From assembly GCF_011745625.1 (NCBI RefSeq), contig NW_027191470.1, positions 124,001 through 188,000 on the forward strand: a DNA stretch of 64,000 nt, read 5' to 3'. The DNA comes from Cladosporium halotolerans. Its lineage: Eukaryota. The translations under genes and the position numbers were made by a program. Shown here one piece after another: positions 35,449-48,274 of this stretch (position 1 is the stretch's first letter; every line of letters begins with the position of its first letter). Below the pieces are notes generated by a model, which had not been told where the DNA came from, made no database searches, and saw only the letters and a program-made list of their open reading frames with translations.

Positions 35449-38400
35449 TCAACGCGGAGGCCCAATCGGGGCCGGGTATCCTGAACTAGCATTCGCATCA
35501 GAAGTAGTCGTAGCGGCGGAAGCGGAGGTAGAAGGGGCGGCGGCGGAGCCGCGCGAGCCGGGGCGCGAGGAGGCGCTGCGGGCGTCGTACTTGGGCGTGA
35601 CGTCGCCGGCGAGGGAGGAGACGCTGGTGGTGTGCTGGCCGTGGCCGTTGACCATGCCGAGGCCCGGGATGAGTGGAGTGGAGAGGGAGGAGGTGGAGGC
35701 GTTGCCGTTGGCGCCAAAGGGGAATTTGGTCTCGAAGGCGCCGGAAAGGGAGTTGGAGGAGGTGTTGGGGCGCGAGGTCGAGTGGGAGGTCGGCGCGGGC
35801 GCGCCCAGCGAGCCCCACGTGTTGCCGGACAGGCTGTGGGAGGCGGTGTGCGCGTGGCCGGTGGACGGGGCGGCGAGGCCTGGGGCGCCGGGAGCGGCGT
35901 CGTGCTCGAGGTCGATGCCAGAGTCGTTCCATGGGTTGCGGTAGCCGGAGTCGCGAGATTCCATGGAGACGAGGGAAGCCTTGGAGGCGTTGGAAGACGC
36001 GTGTTTGAAGAGAGAGCCGGGGGAGTTGGAACCGTTGCGGCGGCGGTCAAGGAAAGAGCTGAAGCTGCTCATGCTGCCCGGCTTGCGAAGCTTATCGAAG
36101 AAGGACCGCTGTTGGCCGTCCTCAGCGAAAGTCGAGCGGGTTGGGGACTCCGTGGTGAGCGGAGCTTCAGCGCGTTGAAGCAGCTTAGATTCGAAGAACG
36201 GCATGTTGTCCTCAAAGGAGTCAGACTTGGGGCGAGGGATAGCACCCTTGACCTCTGTTGCTTCCAGACCGCGAGAGATGAAGGGGAGCAGAAGGAAGTC
36301 AATGGCATCTTTGAGGCCACCAGCGTTGTTGCGAGTGTAGCTGAGCATCAGCTTCTCGACAATGACCTCCTTGTCACCCTGCATTTCAGACCGCGGCTCA
36401 CCCAAGGCAACGTCGACTTCGTATTGATCTCTGAGCTTCTGAGCAGTGTCGAAAAGGAACTCTTGAGACCTGACAAAGGTGCTGAGCTCCTCGGAGGTCT
36501 GGAACTCCAGCTCGTGAGTTTCTGGAACCATGCCCTGATGGCGTTGTTAGTAAAGGTTAGGTTGAAAGGCCGTGAAAATAGACTTACCAGAAATTCGTCC
36601 AGAGCCTGAGGGACCTGGTACTCCGGACCAGAAATGGTGATGATGTCGCTGGCTTGCTCAGTGCCAGGGAAGGTGATCTTGCAGTTCCACTTCTTCTCAA
36701 GCGACTCAATCTCCGGCATGCGGGTGATGAGCTCACGGTGGTAGAGACGGTCAACAGGGACGGGCTCAGAAACGAACTCGGCGTCAACCTTCTCAACCAT
36801 GTCCATGATCTCCTGCTTGACGAGCTCCAAGTTGTCGGCATTGCGCGCAGGCGTACGGCAAATGACGTTGTCAACCTTGATGTCATCATCATCCTTTCCG
36901 ATGCCGCCACGATCCATGGCGTTGGAGAACTTGACGAAGACCGAGTACTTCTTCATGATACGCTGAATATGCTGACCACCAATGCCGATGATGCGCTTGT
37001 GGTACTGATCCGGCACGTGGAACGAGATGGAAGCCGGCATCTCCAGCTCCACGAGGTCCAGGCCGTTCTTCGTAGCCTCGTATTGCGCACCGCGTACATC
37101 GATGTAGAAGTTGTACTCGTTGAAGCCGTCGAAGACAATCTGCACGTTGCTCTGGCTCATGATCTTGTTGATCTTGCCGTTCTTCTTGCCACTGACGAAC
37201 TCCTTGTGTTCGTTGGCGAGCTCGACCTTGACGCGTAGAGTGCACTGCGCACGCTGGAGGAAAGGAAGGCTGTTGATGATGGACATTGCAGCCTTGACCG
37301 AATCGTCACTGCCGTTGATGTGGAAGTTGAGCTTCTCAAACGTGATCTCGGCACCGGAGTTGATGCAGATATCGGGCAGCATCGCGCGGATGTCCGAAGG
37401 AGTGGGCTGTCTCTGGTGAGGATCGGCAGTAGTGACCCACCAAGAGGCACTGTAGAACTGGCCAGCCAGGCTCATGATCTCGCGGACGGTCCTCTCGACA
37501 TTGAGAATGTCCGTGGCCTGCACGCGGAGAACACCGCTTGTGTTACCAAGCGGCGGCAGAAGGACATACGAGCCATTGGCCTCGATGATCTTGCGGATCT
37601 TGTCAAGTCTCTCCAGAAGGATATAGTCAACCTTGCTAGTCGTCACGTGCACGTCCTTGACAAAAGTTTTGGTGGTCATGACCAGATCGTGGAGCCTCTT
37701 CTTCGCCAGCAGGATGTTATCCATAGTGTCTCCCGTGATGATGATTTCATCTCTTCCGCGCAGAGGGACGGAGCCAGGCGCAGTGTAGCCAAAGACCGAA
37801 GGGAACATGGGCGGGAAGTAGATCGCGGTACCAGTGGCAGACTCTATCATCTTGATGTTCCGGCGGTGGCGGCCGGAGATCAAACTGTGCAGAGAGAGCT
37901 CCAGGCGAATGGTGTCCACTTGGCGCTGGAGAATTTGGTCGATCATGATCAACAATCTCGTCTTCGCGTTCTCACAGCTCTCCATATCTCCGTACACCTG
38001 GATCCTCAGGCGGTTGTCCATGCTCGTCTCGAAAGCACCGTTTGTACTGGCGGATTCAGAGTCCTTTCGTCGTGCTTTCGCTTCCAGAAGGAAAATGTCT
38101 GCCTTCGTCTTGTCTGCGATCTCATCCATGTGGTTCAGGATGTCGGCCCGCGCGGCGTCCTGGCCTTTCGGAAAGATAATCTCGCGGTCGATATCGATTG
38201 TGGCACATTGCTACGCGTATGTCAGTTCCTGCTTCTTTCATCTCGGATATTTTCAGATGGATGTACCAATGTGATGGGCGTCTCGTTGAGCAGCCTCTGA
38301 CGCATCTTGTGTACCACTTCCGAATCACCGGAAATGCACACATTCGTGACAAGAGCTGTCAGCGGTCCTCTCTGCATGCCAGGTACGGGCTTGGGCTTGG

Positions 38401-38839
38401 ACGACGTGACAGTCGCGTGTATCCTGTCTCCGCTGCCCTCGCTGACCTGCTTACAAAGACTCCGCAGGTTCTCTACATTCCGGGTGTGAACGGGCAGGGC
38501 GTGTACCGGGACATCATCCACGACGCCGTCCGGGTGCGTCCATTTCTGGAAGGCACCCAGACTGCTGTAGAGGACGTCTTCCTTGTCCGGACCGGGCAGG
38601 TTGGAGTTGAAGGGCACGTTGAAGGAGATGTTCACGAGATGGCCGGGCATTGCGGGACTGGGGCTCATCGAGGCGCCGGGCATGGCGGTGCCGGGCATGG
38701 GACGCTTGAGCGGCGGCGGCGTGACGGACATGGAGTCCTGCTGATGGGGTTGGGGCCGCGACATGCCGAAGCCCATCGAGGGCGTCATCTTCTCCCAGCC
38801 ATGGCGGGCCTGGCCGGTGAAGTTTGAGATTTTGTGCAT
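35449..38839 (-). CDS. Multi-KH-domain RNA-binding protein (fungal Bicaudal-C/Mug60-like)
   Basis: Exons 38839-38267, 38210-36588, 36534-35449. KH GxxG loops ISGRHRRNI, VSGKKNGKINKI and IIGIGGQHIQRI; Ser-rich low-complexity C-terminus. Confidence 0.85.
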
Positions 38840-40240
38840 GGCGGTCTAGGGGGTGTGCATGCAGCGCCAGGCGTGCAGACTCGGGCACGCGTGGGCGGTG
38901 GGCGGTGGCGTGGATAAAAGCGAAGGGATGAAAGCAGGGCGGCAAAGAAGGGCAGAAGAGAGCGACGCGAACAGAAGCGCCAGGCCTTTGCGCGAGCGGA
39001 AGGACGGACGGCGCAGCTCGTCGTCAGTGGCAGGCGGCAGGCATGCGGTGGGCGGCGGGGTTAGTATTGGCGGCGGTGGGCGGTGGTGGTGGAGGAGGCG
39101 GAGGAGGGAGGGTGGAGAGCAGCAATGGGGAGCCAGCGGCCAGCAGCAGCGGTGCAGTCCAGGCGAGCCAGGCCAGCTCGTGTGCTTTGCGAGCGAGGGC
39201 CGATTTCAGGTCGCGCCGGATGTGAGTCGGGACGGGGAGCGCGGTAGCAACGGCCGCCCGCGCGCACGGCCGCCCGCCTCTCCCTACACCAGACATTCAT
39301 TAATCAAATGCCCAAAATAAATACTCCCACGGGGCAGCCGCCGTAGCAGGTATACGCGGCTGCGAGGCACAGCATGTGAAAGACTCGCCGCACAGCGCTT
39401 ATCGACAGCATTGAAACCCCGGCGGCAAAGCCAGCACAACACAAACAATCAACAAGGCGGTGCGATATACACTCCGTTAATGCATACACAAACACGCCTT
39501 GCAGCACCCTATAATATGACAGCATCGTCCTCCGCGGCACTCGTCGTGCAGGAATCAGACACCACTGCCAATCCCCTGCATCTGGGCCTTTCTCCTAGCA
39601 CAAACACTCCGCACACTCAAGACATATGTCCACCTGCCACTGTCCCCCAGTCCGCTCCAAATCCAACCCTTGTAAGCGATCGCCGCTCTATCCACCCTGA
39701 TCGGAAGCCGTTGCGCTCGCTCCCTGACCCTGCCTGCCTGGCTCCTGGCACGCCTGGAGGATGGCCTGACCTTCGCCTGCGAGGAGACCGGTTGGCTAGT
39801 TGACCTGAGCATTTCTTGACGTCTCCACTTGCTGCGAACGGGTGGACACATGTGTGCATAGACGTATGCAAAAGATGATGTCTGGATCTTGGATCCTGGG
39901 AAAACACGCATCACCTTCTAATCATTACGCGTACGCAGAATTTCACGGACAAACTGCTTGATGTAAGGAAAAAGAAGCACAGCCTTCTTGATAGGTATTG
40001 AATTGAGGTGGGTGTTGAGTTGTTCAAATGAGAGGTTGCTTGTCCTATTCGAGCAAAAGAGAAGTATGCTTTGCCCATTGGTGTCTTACGTACAATACAA
40101 TTGGATTTGTTTCACTGGAGCCCTACTCGCAGCACCTCTTCCACGCAACGACAAAACGCAAAAACAACACTCTGCCTTCTCATGAACCCCAACCTCTTCA
40201 GAACCAAAGACAAACATTCAACCATCCCAACTCAAACCCC

Positions 40241-42922
40241 TCAATACCTAAACTGACTCCCCTGCCTCACCTCCCTCGGCACAACCTCCCGCCCATACTC
40301 ATCCAGATACCTCACAGCCGGCTGCTGCGGAACAGGAGCATAGCTCGGCGCACGCTGCTGGTACGCCGGCGCTCCATACTCAGGCGCAGGCATGACGCTC
40401 ATGGCGCGAGGCGGCGGCGGGGCCTCGTGGCGGACATACTGGACGGGCGCAACGCTCGCTTGCCGCGGCGCGTAAGTGAACTGCGGCGGGTCTTGGGCGT
40501 CGGGGCGGACGCTGTAGGCTCGGGACGGGGCCGCGTAGACGGGCGAGGTTGTTTCGTGCGGGACGGATGGTGGTGGCATTGGCTCGTAGTGAGATTCGCG
40601 GGGAGCCGGGCGCGCGGACGGGGGAGGCATGTGGTCGTATTGCGGTGGTTGTTGGTAAACTGGGGAGGTCGGGGCGTGGGAGTAGCGGATTGGTTCGGCT
40701 GGGCGTGTACTATACTCTCGGACGCGGTAGCCGTTGGAGTCGAGATGCTCTACGGCTTGCTCAGGTGGTGCATGCCTTCTTGCTGGCGGTGGTCCCATGG
40801 CAGACTCGACTGGTTCATAAGGCGCCGCCTGAGGAGGTAAGGTGTACGATCCTGGCATCCTGCTAGACGCACGTTCGTATCCGAGTTCGGGCTCCCCATG
40901 TCGACCAAGTGGCGCCACAGATGCTCTCGTATGCATGGATGGTTCAGCCGCATAGTATTTGTTGCCGTACTGGTCAACGACAACGCGCCGCGGAGCTGGA
41001 GGCGGAGGCATCATAGTTGGACTGGATTCTCTGTACTCCTGCAGGCGGACAGGCTCGTGTTGTGGTTCGGTAGGCAGATAGCGCACCGTCGAAGCCTCCT
41101 GGCCGTATCCAGTATCTGGAGCATAGGGTGCTACTGATGCTTGACGTTCCGTGTATGCTCTTCCGTTAGACGAGTAAGCGGCAGCAGGTGAGTACACCCG
41201 CTGAGCAGGAGAAACAGGACGCTGTGCGTAGTGTAGGCTGGCAACACGACGTAGATCCTGGGTGTCCCTTTGAGCGGGACGGTAGCCGCTTGCTGAACTG
41301 ACACGCACAGCGGTAGGTGGCGGCATTGAAGGCGCATACTCGTATCGTGGAGAGGAAGCGTACACGTATTGGGGCTGGGGAATGTTGCGTGGAGGCTCCG
41401 GATCGAGCTGTATTGGAGCCGCTGGGTTTGTGTACCTGTACGGGTACGGCTGTACTTCTGGCACGTTGGTGAAAGGTGGCGGAGAAAGCGGCTCCGGTTT
41501 GATATAGGGCTCCTTGTAGATGGGCGATACGGGAGACTGTGCGTTCTGTCTCTCTTGACGCTTTTTCGATCGATTTGACGCCTCCAGCTCTCGCTTTCGC
41601 TTCTTGTTCTTCTTCTTTCTGGATCCTGGTCCGGTACCCGGCCCTGGAGGCGAAGCTGACGAAGGTCGAGATTGAACCTGAGCGTAGCGTTTCTGCGGTT
41701 TGTGCACAACCTCCGGACATCCATTCACCAACTCCAGCTCAATGCTCGGCCCCTTCTGAACAGCGAGTGGTGAGACGCGATTCGGCTGGGGGGCTGCGAT
41801 GGTACTGAGGTGATTGCGATATATAGGCACTTGGGGCGAGGGTTGTGCACTGGGCTGGTTGTTCGTATAGGGCGTCACCACAACGCTGTCCTGGGTGACC
41901 TCACCGGGTTCGTACTCGGAATCGTCATCTTCGTCGGCGCCCATATCACGCACGTCCATTGTGGTGTCGGCGTCGTAGAAACTGTCAAAAGCCGCAGGAT
42001 CGGGCGGCGAATACTCCTCATCTTCATCATCAGCCTCATTGACACCGTCTGTCTCGTGGGTAAAGATATTAGGACGATTTTTGGACGCGGAAGAAACGTC
42101 TGCACGATGGAAGGTGCCATGTGCTTGAACGGGCTGCTTGCCACGCGCCTTTGAAGATGCCGCAGCGACACCATTACGATGATCGAGAGTTTCGACATCG
42201 GCAGGGAAAGCACCTACAGCTTGATCGGAGCCGTTACGGGATGCGACATCTGACGACCATTCGCTCTGCACTTGGCTTGAATAATAGTCGTTCTCATCAA
42301 ACGAAGTCGCAGCACTTCCAGCCCGGTATGCGGCCCTGAGTCCTGAAATTGGCTTCACTCGCCGCTGAGCATCCGCCAACGCGGCATCGATGCTAATGTT
42401 CGACGGGCCTTCAGGAGCGCCCTCTTTATCACGACCGGACAACTGTTTCCGTTTTTCCCAGCTGTCAAATAAATCGTGCTCGATCCGCTGGCGCTTCAGC
42501 TGTCCCTCTGCTCTTACAAGGCTATCCGACTTTTCCAAAAAGATAGGGTCGAGTCCAGCAGACGCGGGCTTTGCGTGGTATTGCTGTGTCGGAGGGATAC
42601 TCGAACCGAGCCCAGGGAGACCTGGATACATCATCGTGGGCGGAGCTGCTGCGTTAGCACTAGACGGTAAGCCGTTTGTGAGAGCATTGCTCGTCTCCCT
42701 AGGAGGCTCAGCATGCTGGCTGGCATTCTTTGGAGACTGTGGAACATGAAGCGAGGCCTTGAGTGCTTCTATCGCCGCAGCCGGCAGCTTGAGCGTGGGA
42801 TGCCTTCCTTCGACCACCGCATCTCGAAGATCCAAGACCTTCGTGTAGAAGTCGTCTTCCTCTTCCAGCGTAGGCGGGACCGAGTGATGGCCATGCGCAG
42901 GCGCGTGTGCATCTAGTGCCAT
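40241..42922 (-). CDS. Hypothetical protein, disordered, with Pro/Tyr-rich C-terminus and basic NLS-like segment
   Basis: About 890-codon single ORF from ATG 42922. Domain-like islands FYTKVLDLRDAVVEGRHPTLKL, LDPIFLEKSDSLVRAE, HLSTIAAPQPNRVSPLA and IKPEPLSPPPF; RKKKNKKRKR; repeated D-x-Y/N-G-(N/R) motifs. Confidence 0.8.
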   Translation of the reverse strand: MALDAHAPAHGHHSVPPTLEEEDDFYTKVLDLRDAVVEGRHPTLKLPAAAIEALKASLHVPQSPKNASQHAEPPRETSNALTNGLPSSANAAAPPTMMYPGLPGLGSSIPPTQQYHAKPASAGLDPIFLEKSDSLVRAEGQLKRQRIEHDLFDSWEKRKQLSGRDKEGAPEGPSNISIDAALADAQRRVKPISGLRAAYRAGSAATSFDENDYYSSQVQSEWSSDVASRNGSDQAVGAFPADVETLDHRNGVAAASSKARGKQPVQAHGTFHRADVSSASKNRPNIFTHETDGVNEADDEDEEYSPPDPAAFDSFYDADTTMDVRDMGADEDDDSEYEPGEVTQDSVVVTPYTNNQPSAQPSPQVPIYRNHLSTIAAPQPNRVSPLAVQKGPSIELELVNGCPEVVHKPQKRYAQVQSRPSSASPPGPGTGPGSRKKKNKKRKRELEASNRSKKRQERQNAQSPVSPIYKEPYIKPEPLSPPPFTNVPEVQPYPYRYTNPAAPIQLDPEPPRNIPQPQYVYASSPRYEYAPSMPPPTAVRVSSASGYRPAQRDTQDLRRVASLHYAQRPVSPAQRVYSPAAAYSSNGRAYTERQASVAPYAPDTGYGQEASTVRYLPTEPQHEPVRLQEYRESSPTMMPPPPAPRRVVVDQYGNKYYAAEPSMHTRASVAPLGRHGEPELGYERASSRMPGSYTLPPQAAPYEPVESAMGPPPARRHAPPEQAVEHLDSNGYRVREYSTRPAEPIRYSHAPTSPVYQQPPQYDHMPPPSARPAPRESHYEPMPPPSVPHETTSPVYAAPSRAYSVRPDAQDPPQFTYAPRQASVAPVQYVRHEAPPPPRAMSVMPAPEYGAPAYQQRAPSYAPVPQQPAVRYLDEYGREVVPREVRQGSQFRY

Positions 42923-43288
42923 CGTAGCCTGCGGCACCACGCGTAGAATGTTGTAAACCACCACTGGACGCGCTCACCTTCGACGGCAGCGAAAGCGCGT
43001 GCGTTAGAAGATCGCCGTGCAGCAGATGGGCGGATGGAAGTTCGAGTCTCCGATTCTGGGTTGTGGCGGCGCTGCAAAGGGAGCGCCAGCGCTGGGCGAG
43101 CCCGAGGGCGCGGGCCCCTGCGTCCAGCGAATCGGCAGCGTCAGCGTTGAGTCGAGGATTCGCGGGCGTTCGTGAATGGATACAGTCACCGGGCCATGAA
43201 CCACTCATCATATATGAAGCGTCTTGCTACAAGCCCCCGTTTCTTTCGCCCTCCAGCATTTTCCTATAGACGTTCATTTTCAGTCACG

Positions 43289-44058
43289 ATGGCGACGAAT
43301 GGTAGCACGACAAACGGTGTCAGGCCTGACAACCGGAAGGTCTTCTTCTTCGACATCGACAACTGTCTTTACCCGAAATCTTACCAGATCCACGACAAAA
43401 TGGCGGTGCTCATTGATAATTATTTCCAAAATCATCTTTCTCTTTCCCCCGAAGACGCGACAGTGCTGCACCAGCGGTATTACAAGGACTACGGACTTGC
43501 AATCGAGGGCCTTGTTCGCCACCACAAAGTCGACCCTCTGGAATACAATGAGAAGGTCGACGACGCTTTGCCACTTGACGACATAATCAAGCCGGACCCT
43601 AAATTGAGGAAGCTACTGCAAGACCTGGACCCGGAGAAGGTCAGGCTGTGGCTGTTCACCAATGCATATGTGAACCACGGCAAAAGGGTGACTCGTCTTC
43701 TCGGCGTGGATGACTTGTTTGACGGAATGACATTCTGTGATTATGGAGCTGAGAGGCTCCTGTGCAAACCTTCAAAAGAAATGTACGAGAAGGCTATGAA
43801 GGAGGCTAATGCGCCCAGCGTTGAAGACTGCTATTTTGTTGGTTCGTATATCTCCGACCCTCGGTTTCTTGACACATTACTGACATGGTTCCAGACGATT
43901 CTGCATTGAACGCAGGTGCCGCTAAGATGTACGGCTGGAAGACTGCGCATCTTGTTGAACCTACCGCAACGCCGCCCCCCGAACCGGTCTCTCAGCACCA
44001 GATCAGCAATCTCGAGGAGCTACGCAAGATATTTCCCGAGATTTTCAAGAGTTCATGA
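43289..44058 (+). CDS. SDT1: HAD-family pyrimidine 5'-nucleotidase (Sdt1/Phm8-like)
   Basis: FFDIDNCLY motif I, LFTNA, CKP, and YFVDDS restored by intron 43842-43894; stop at 44058. In-frame upstream ATGs at 43172, 43196 and 43214. Confidence 0.88.
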
Positions 44059-44611
44059 GCCGATATGAGCTCACGATTTTACACGATGTCATGATTAACA
44101 GGTTGTAATTTGGGGAGGGAGTTGCGCGACGCGAAATCAAGATCTCGCGCCAATCTTTCGACTGTACCACCATTTGAGGCTGCAAAACCACTTTGGTGAG
44201 GAACAAGTCTCATATACCAACTTTCTGCGCATGCCAGCATTTGCAGGAGCCCTCAAGACGTAGAAATGGTCTAGAAATGTTTTTTGAGCGCTGTTGCCGA
44301 GATCAGTTCATACATTACATCAGATAGAGACGATCAAACAGCAGGAAACACTCTTGCAATACCCGAGAACAGTATTGAGAACAGTCACCTAAGAATTTAG
44401 CAGCACTCAACTTTGAAGTTGGTGCCACTCTTGAAGCCGCCGCCTCAGCATCGTAGACGTCAGGCATCAAGGCTGAAATTTCTGCCAAGTCCCCGGGAGA
44501 CGCCCGCGCCCTAACTGTTTTGGGACCGCACACTTGACACAATTGCTGAGCAGCAGCCCGCGACCATTCCTGACGACTGCTCCACGACGACCTCCGACAA
44601 ACTTAGCAAAG

Positions 44612-45380
<769 letters not shown>

Positions 45381-46073
45381 ACGACTCGCTTTTGGCTGGT
45401 GCGGATTGGGTTTTGGAAGAAGCGGACGACGTCGGGAATGTTTTTGGTGGACTACCACGGCGTACTCGTGCAATAAGTAGCGGGAAATGCCAATTCTGCC
45501 ATGTTTGAACGCCACCAAAAAAGAGAGAGCCTTGCTCGCCTTTTCCTTCTTGTCAGCTCTCCGAAGATGGACTCCGACCGCAACGAACAATGATCGGATG
45601 TCGATCTACATGGTCTAGTACGGCGCACATGATACACAGCATGCACCTGTCGTCTTGTTATCACAAATCCACGATTGACTATCGGACCTTTTCGATAATT
45701 TTGATTGCATGAGCATCACTATGACGGGCCTTGCGGTTTGCATTTCTTCTCAACAATTTGTGGCGTGGCCATTGCCCCTGCGAATTTTGTTCGCATCGTC
45801 CCTTGTCTTGATCCGCTCATCTAGTCCGGGTGCCTCTTCACTTTCGTTGAAAGACAGCGCTAGTAAATATGGCACGTCGGATGTCGTGGACGAGTCGTGA
45901 CATCAATCCGCGAAAGTTTAGACTCTTACAGTTGGCACTCAAGGCAAAACACATTCACAAAACAGATATTACCCGTACATAAAGACACCACCACAATCAG
46001 CCGTGACCCCGTCCAGCAGCCAGACGGCAATCAATAAACCTCATCCATCGTATCTCGCCCTTCCTACTCTCAC

Positions 46074-47187
46074 TCACATGAAAGGCTTACTCTCCCTCTC
46101 ACACCACTCCCACAACTTCTCCCCCTCCTTACTCGCCTCCAAATCCGCCCTCAGCACGCCAAACCTCCCCCAGGGAACCACATACCTGCCGTCATTCTCC
46201 TTCCTGCCCGCCTCCTCGCTCCACCCCGCAAACAGCTCCGTGTACCCTCCAAAAATCGGCGGATAGACCAAGAACCCGATGATAAACCGCTCCACCGCGC
46301 TCGAATGCCTCTGCAGCTCGCTGGCCAGGTTCCCCGGGTTCCAGGCGTTGCTCACGACGCCGACGGACTTGCCGTGGCGGGCCGCGTACTCGCGCGCGAG
46401 CAGGACGTTGGCGGCCTTCGACTGCGCGTAGTCGGTCGCGCGGTCGCCGTGGGTCTTGGGCTTGCTGCCGTCGGCGGCCCAGGCGAGGCCGTTGCGCGGG
46501 CTGAACATGGTTGCGAGCGAGGCGGCCCAGGTGACGCGGACGGAGCCGGCGGGGGAGGCCGAGGCGGTTTTGGCGAGCAGGGGCGTCAGGAGGGTCGTGA
46601 AGAGCCAGGGGCCGAGGACGTTGGTGCCGAGTTGGAGTTCGTGGGATTGCGAGGTGATGGAGCCGACGGGGGGTGTCATTACGCCGGCGTCTGGGAGGGG
46701 TGGTTAGTTGTGGGTGGGGAGAGGTGGCGGAGGGCGGTTTCGTGACGGGAAGAGGGATGCTTACTGTTTGTGAGAACGTCCAGCCTTTGCTCGCGGGCCG
46801 TGAAGTCTTCGACGGACTTCTTGATAGTGGAGAGATCCGCCAGGTCGACGTGCAAGAACTCCAGGCGGCCGTCGGAGCTTGGGTAGGCTTTCTTGATCTC
46901 CTCAATCGCGGCATCGGCTTTGCTCTGGGAGCGGCCGGCAACGTAGACGGTGCCATTGTGTTGGTACAGGATCTTGCATAGCTCTTTGCCGACGCCTGAG
47001 GGTAGATTGGGGTCAGCGCGTCTGTCCCGGTAATGGTCTGGCAAGCTTTTGCGGATGCTTCGGATTTACCTGCGTAGCCTCCGGTCACGATGAAGACACG
47101 GCCGGATTGATTGGGAAGGTTCTTTTCAGTCAGGGTGGGCTTCGGGATGAAGAAGCATTGGCGGAAGGAGTCCAGATATGCTGACAT
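46074..47187 (-). CDS. Short-chain dehydrogenase/reductase (retinol dehydrogenase/WWOX-like subgroup)
   Basis: Exons 47187-47070, 46995-46765, 46690-46074. VTGGYAGVG, VDLADL, LTNNAGVM, GTNVLG, YAQSK and NPGNL motifs. Confidence 0.88.
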
Positions 47188-47672
47188 GACGGGCAATCAA
47201 TGTGATGGTGTGGTGGTGATGGGAAGTCCAATAGTTGAGATGAAATTCGCGGCAAATCGGGGTCAATGGGTGGATTGAGGTGTGAGTGAGATGAGAGAAA
47301 CGTCTGCCACGGATGGAAGGATGGGATGGCAACAAAGATGTGAGCGGATCGCACGAGCTTTATAATTGCATCGCAAACTCTCTACATAGTACATAAAGTT
47401 GCGCTGACAGTCGCACGAGCCTTTCACGTGCGCCTAACTACGGTATCTACATGGCCTGCATGAGGTACAACCAAGCTAAAATCAGGCAGCGGCTTTCTTC
47501 TGCAAGTCACCGGCTTTTACGCTGACTGCATCTTGCGTCCGTACACTATGCTGGAATAACAGGGTTTATGCCGCTCAGCATAAACCGTGTCGCACACTCT
47601 CTGCCTTGCCGAGCACCAAACCGTGGTGCGTGTCAGCGCTGCCGTCGCGGTCGGCAACCAGTCATCAGCCAG

Positions 47673-47780
47673 TTTCGCGGGTGGAGAGAGCCCGGGGCCA
47701 GCCATCCAGACGCGCGAACATGACATCAAAATTGCCCGCGAGCCCGCCCTCTTCACGCGTTTCTGTGGGGGGCGCGCGTT
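47673..47780. promoter_or_regulatory. MCB/SCB-like G1/S elements upstream of TOS4
   Basis: TTTCGCG (CGCGAAA on the minus strand) at 47673, ACGCGCGAA at 47710, ACGCGT at 47755 and CGCGTT at 47775. The GC-rich background lowers specificity. Confidence 0.35.
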
Positions 47781-48274
47781 GCCAGCTGCGAGACCTGCGC
47801 GTGGATACGGCGTTGGACGAGCGTGCAGACGAAACGATTCATATTTGGGGAAATATAAAATAATAACGTCCCCGGCAACAAGACAGTAATTGCACAGCAA
47901 AATCAGAGACACGCTCCCGGGGTTGTGAAGAGGCCGCAGAGGAGGCTGAGGCGGGAGCGACAGGGCGAGCATTGGCCATCGCGCGCTTCCTTAGCCCGAC
48001 GCGAGCTCAGGAACGCACTGCACGCTTTTACTCCATGGCCGCCGTCCTTCGACCTCCCACACCCACACAGTCCCTCCTTCGTCTGTCCTCGTGTCCGGTC
48101 ATGTCCTCCGCCTACTAACGCCATTGATCAGACCGCCTGCTCGCCAGAAGCAGCTGCATATCACCCGCTGCGAGCCAGACACGTGCCCAGCCGCGTCGTG
48201 CTGTCCTGCCGCACGTAGCAACCACTCTACGCGGCACCTGGCCTTGCCTCGCGTCCTGAACGCCCACACCCACC

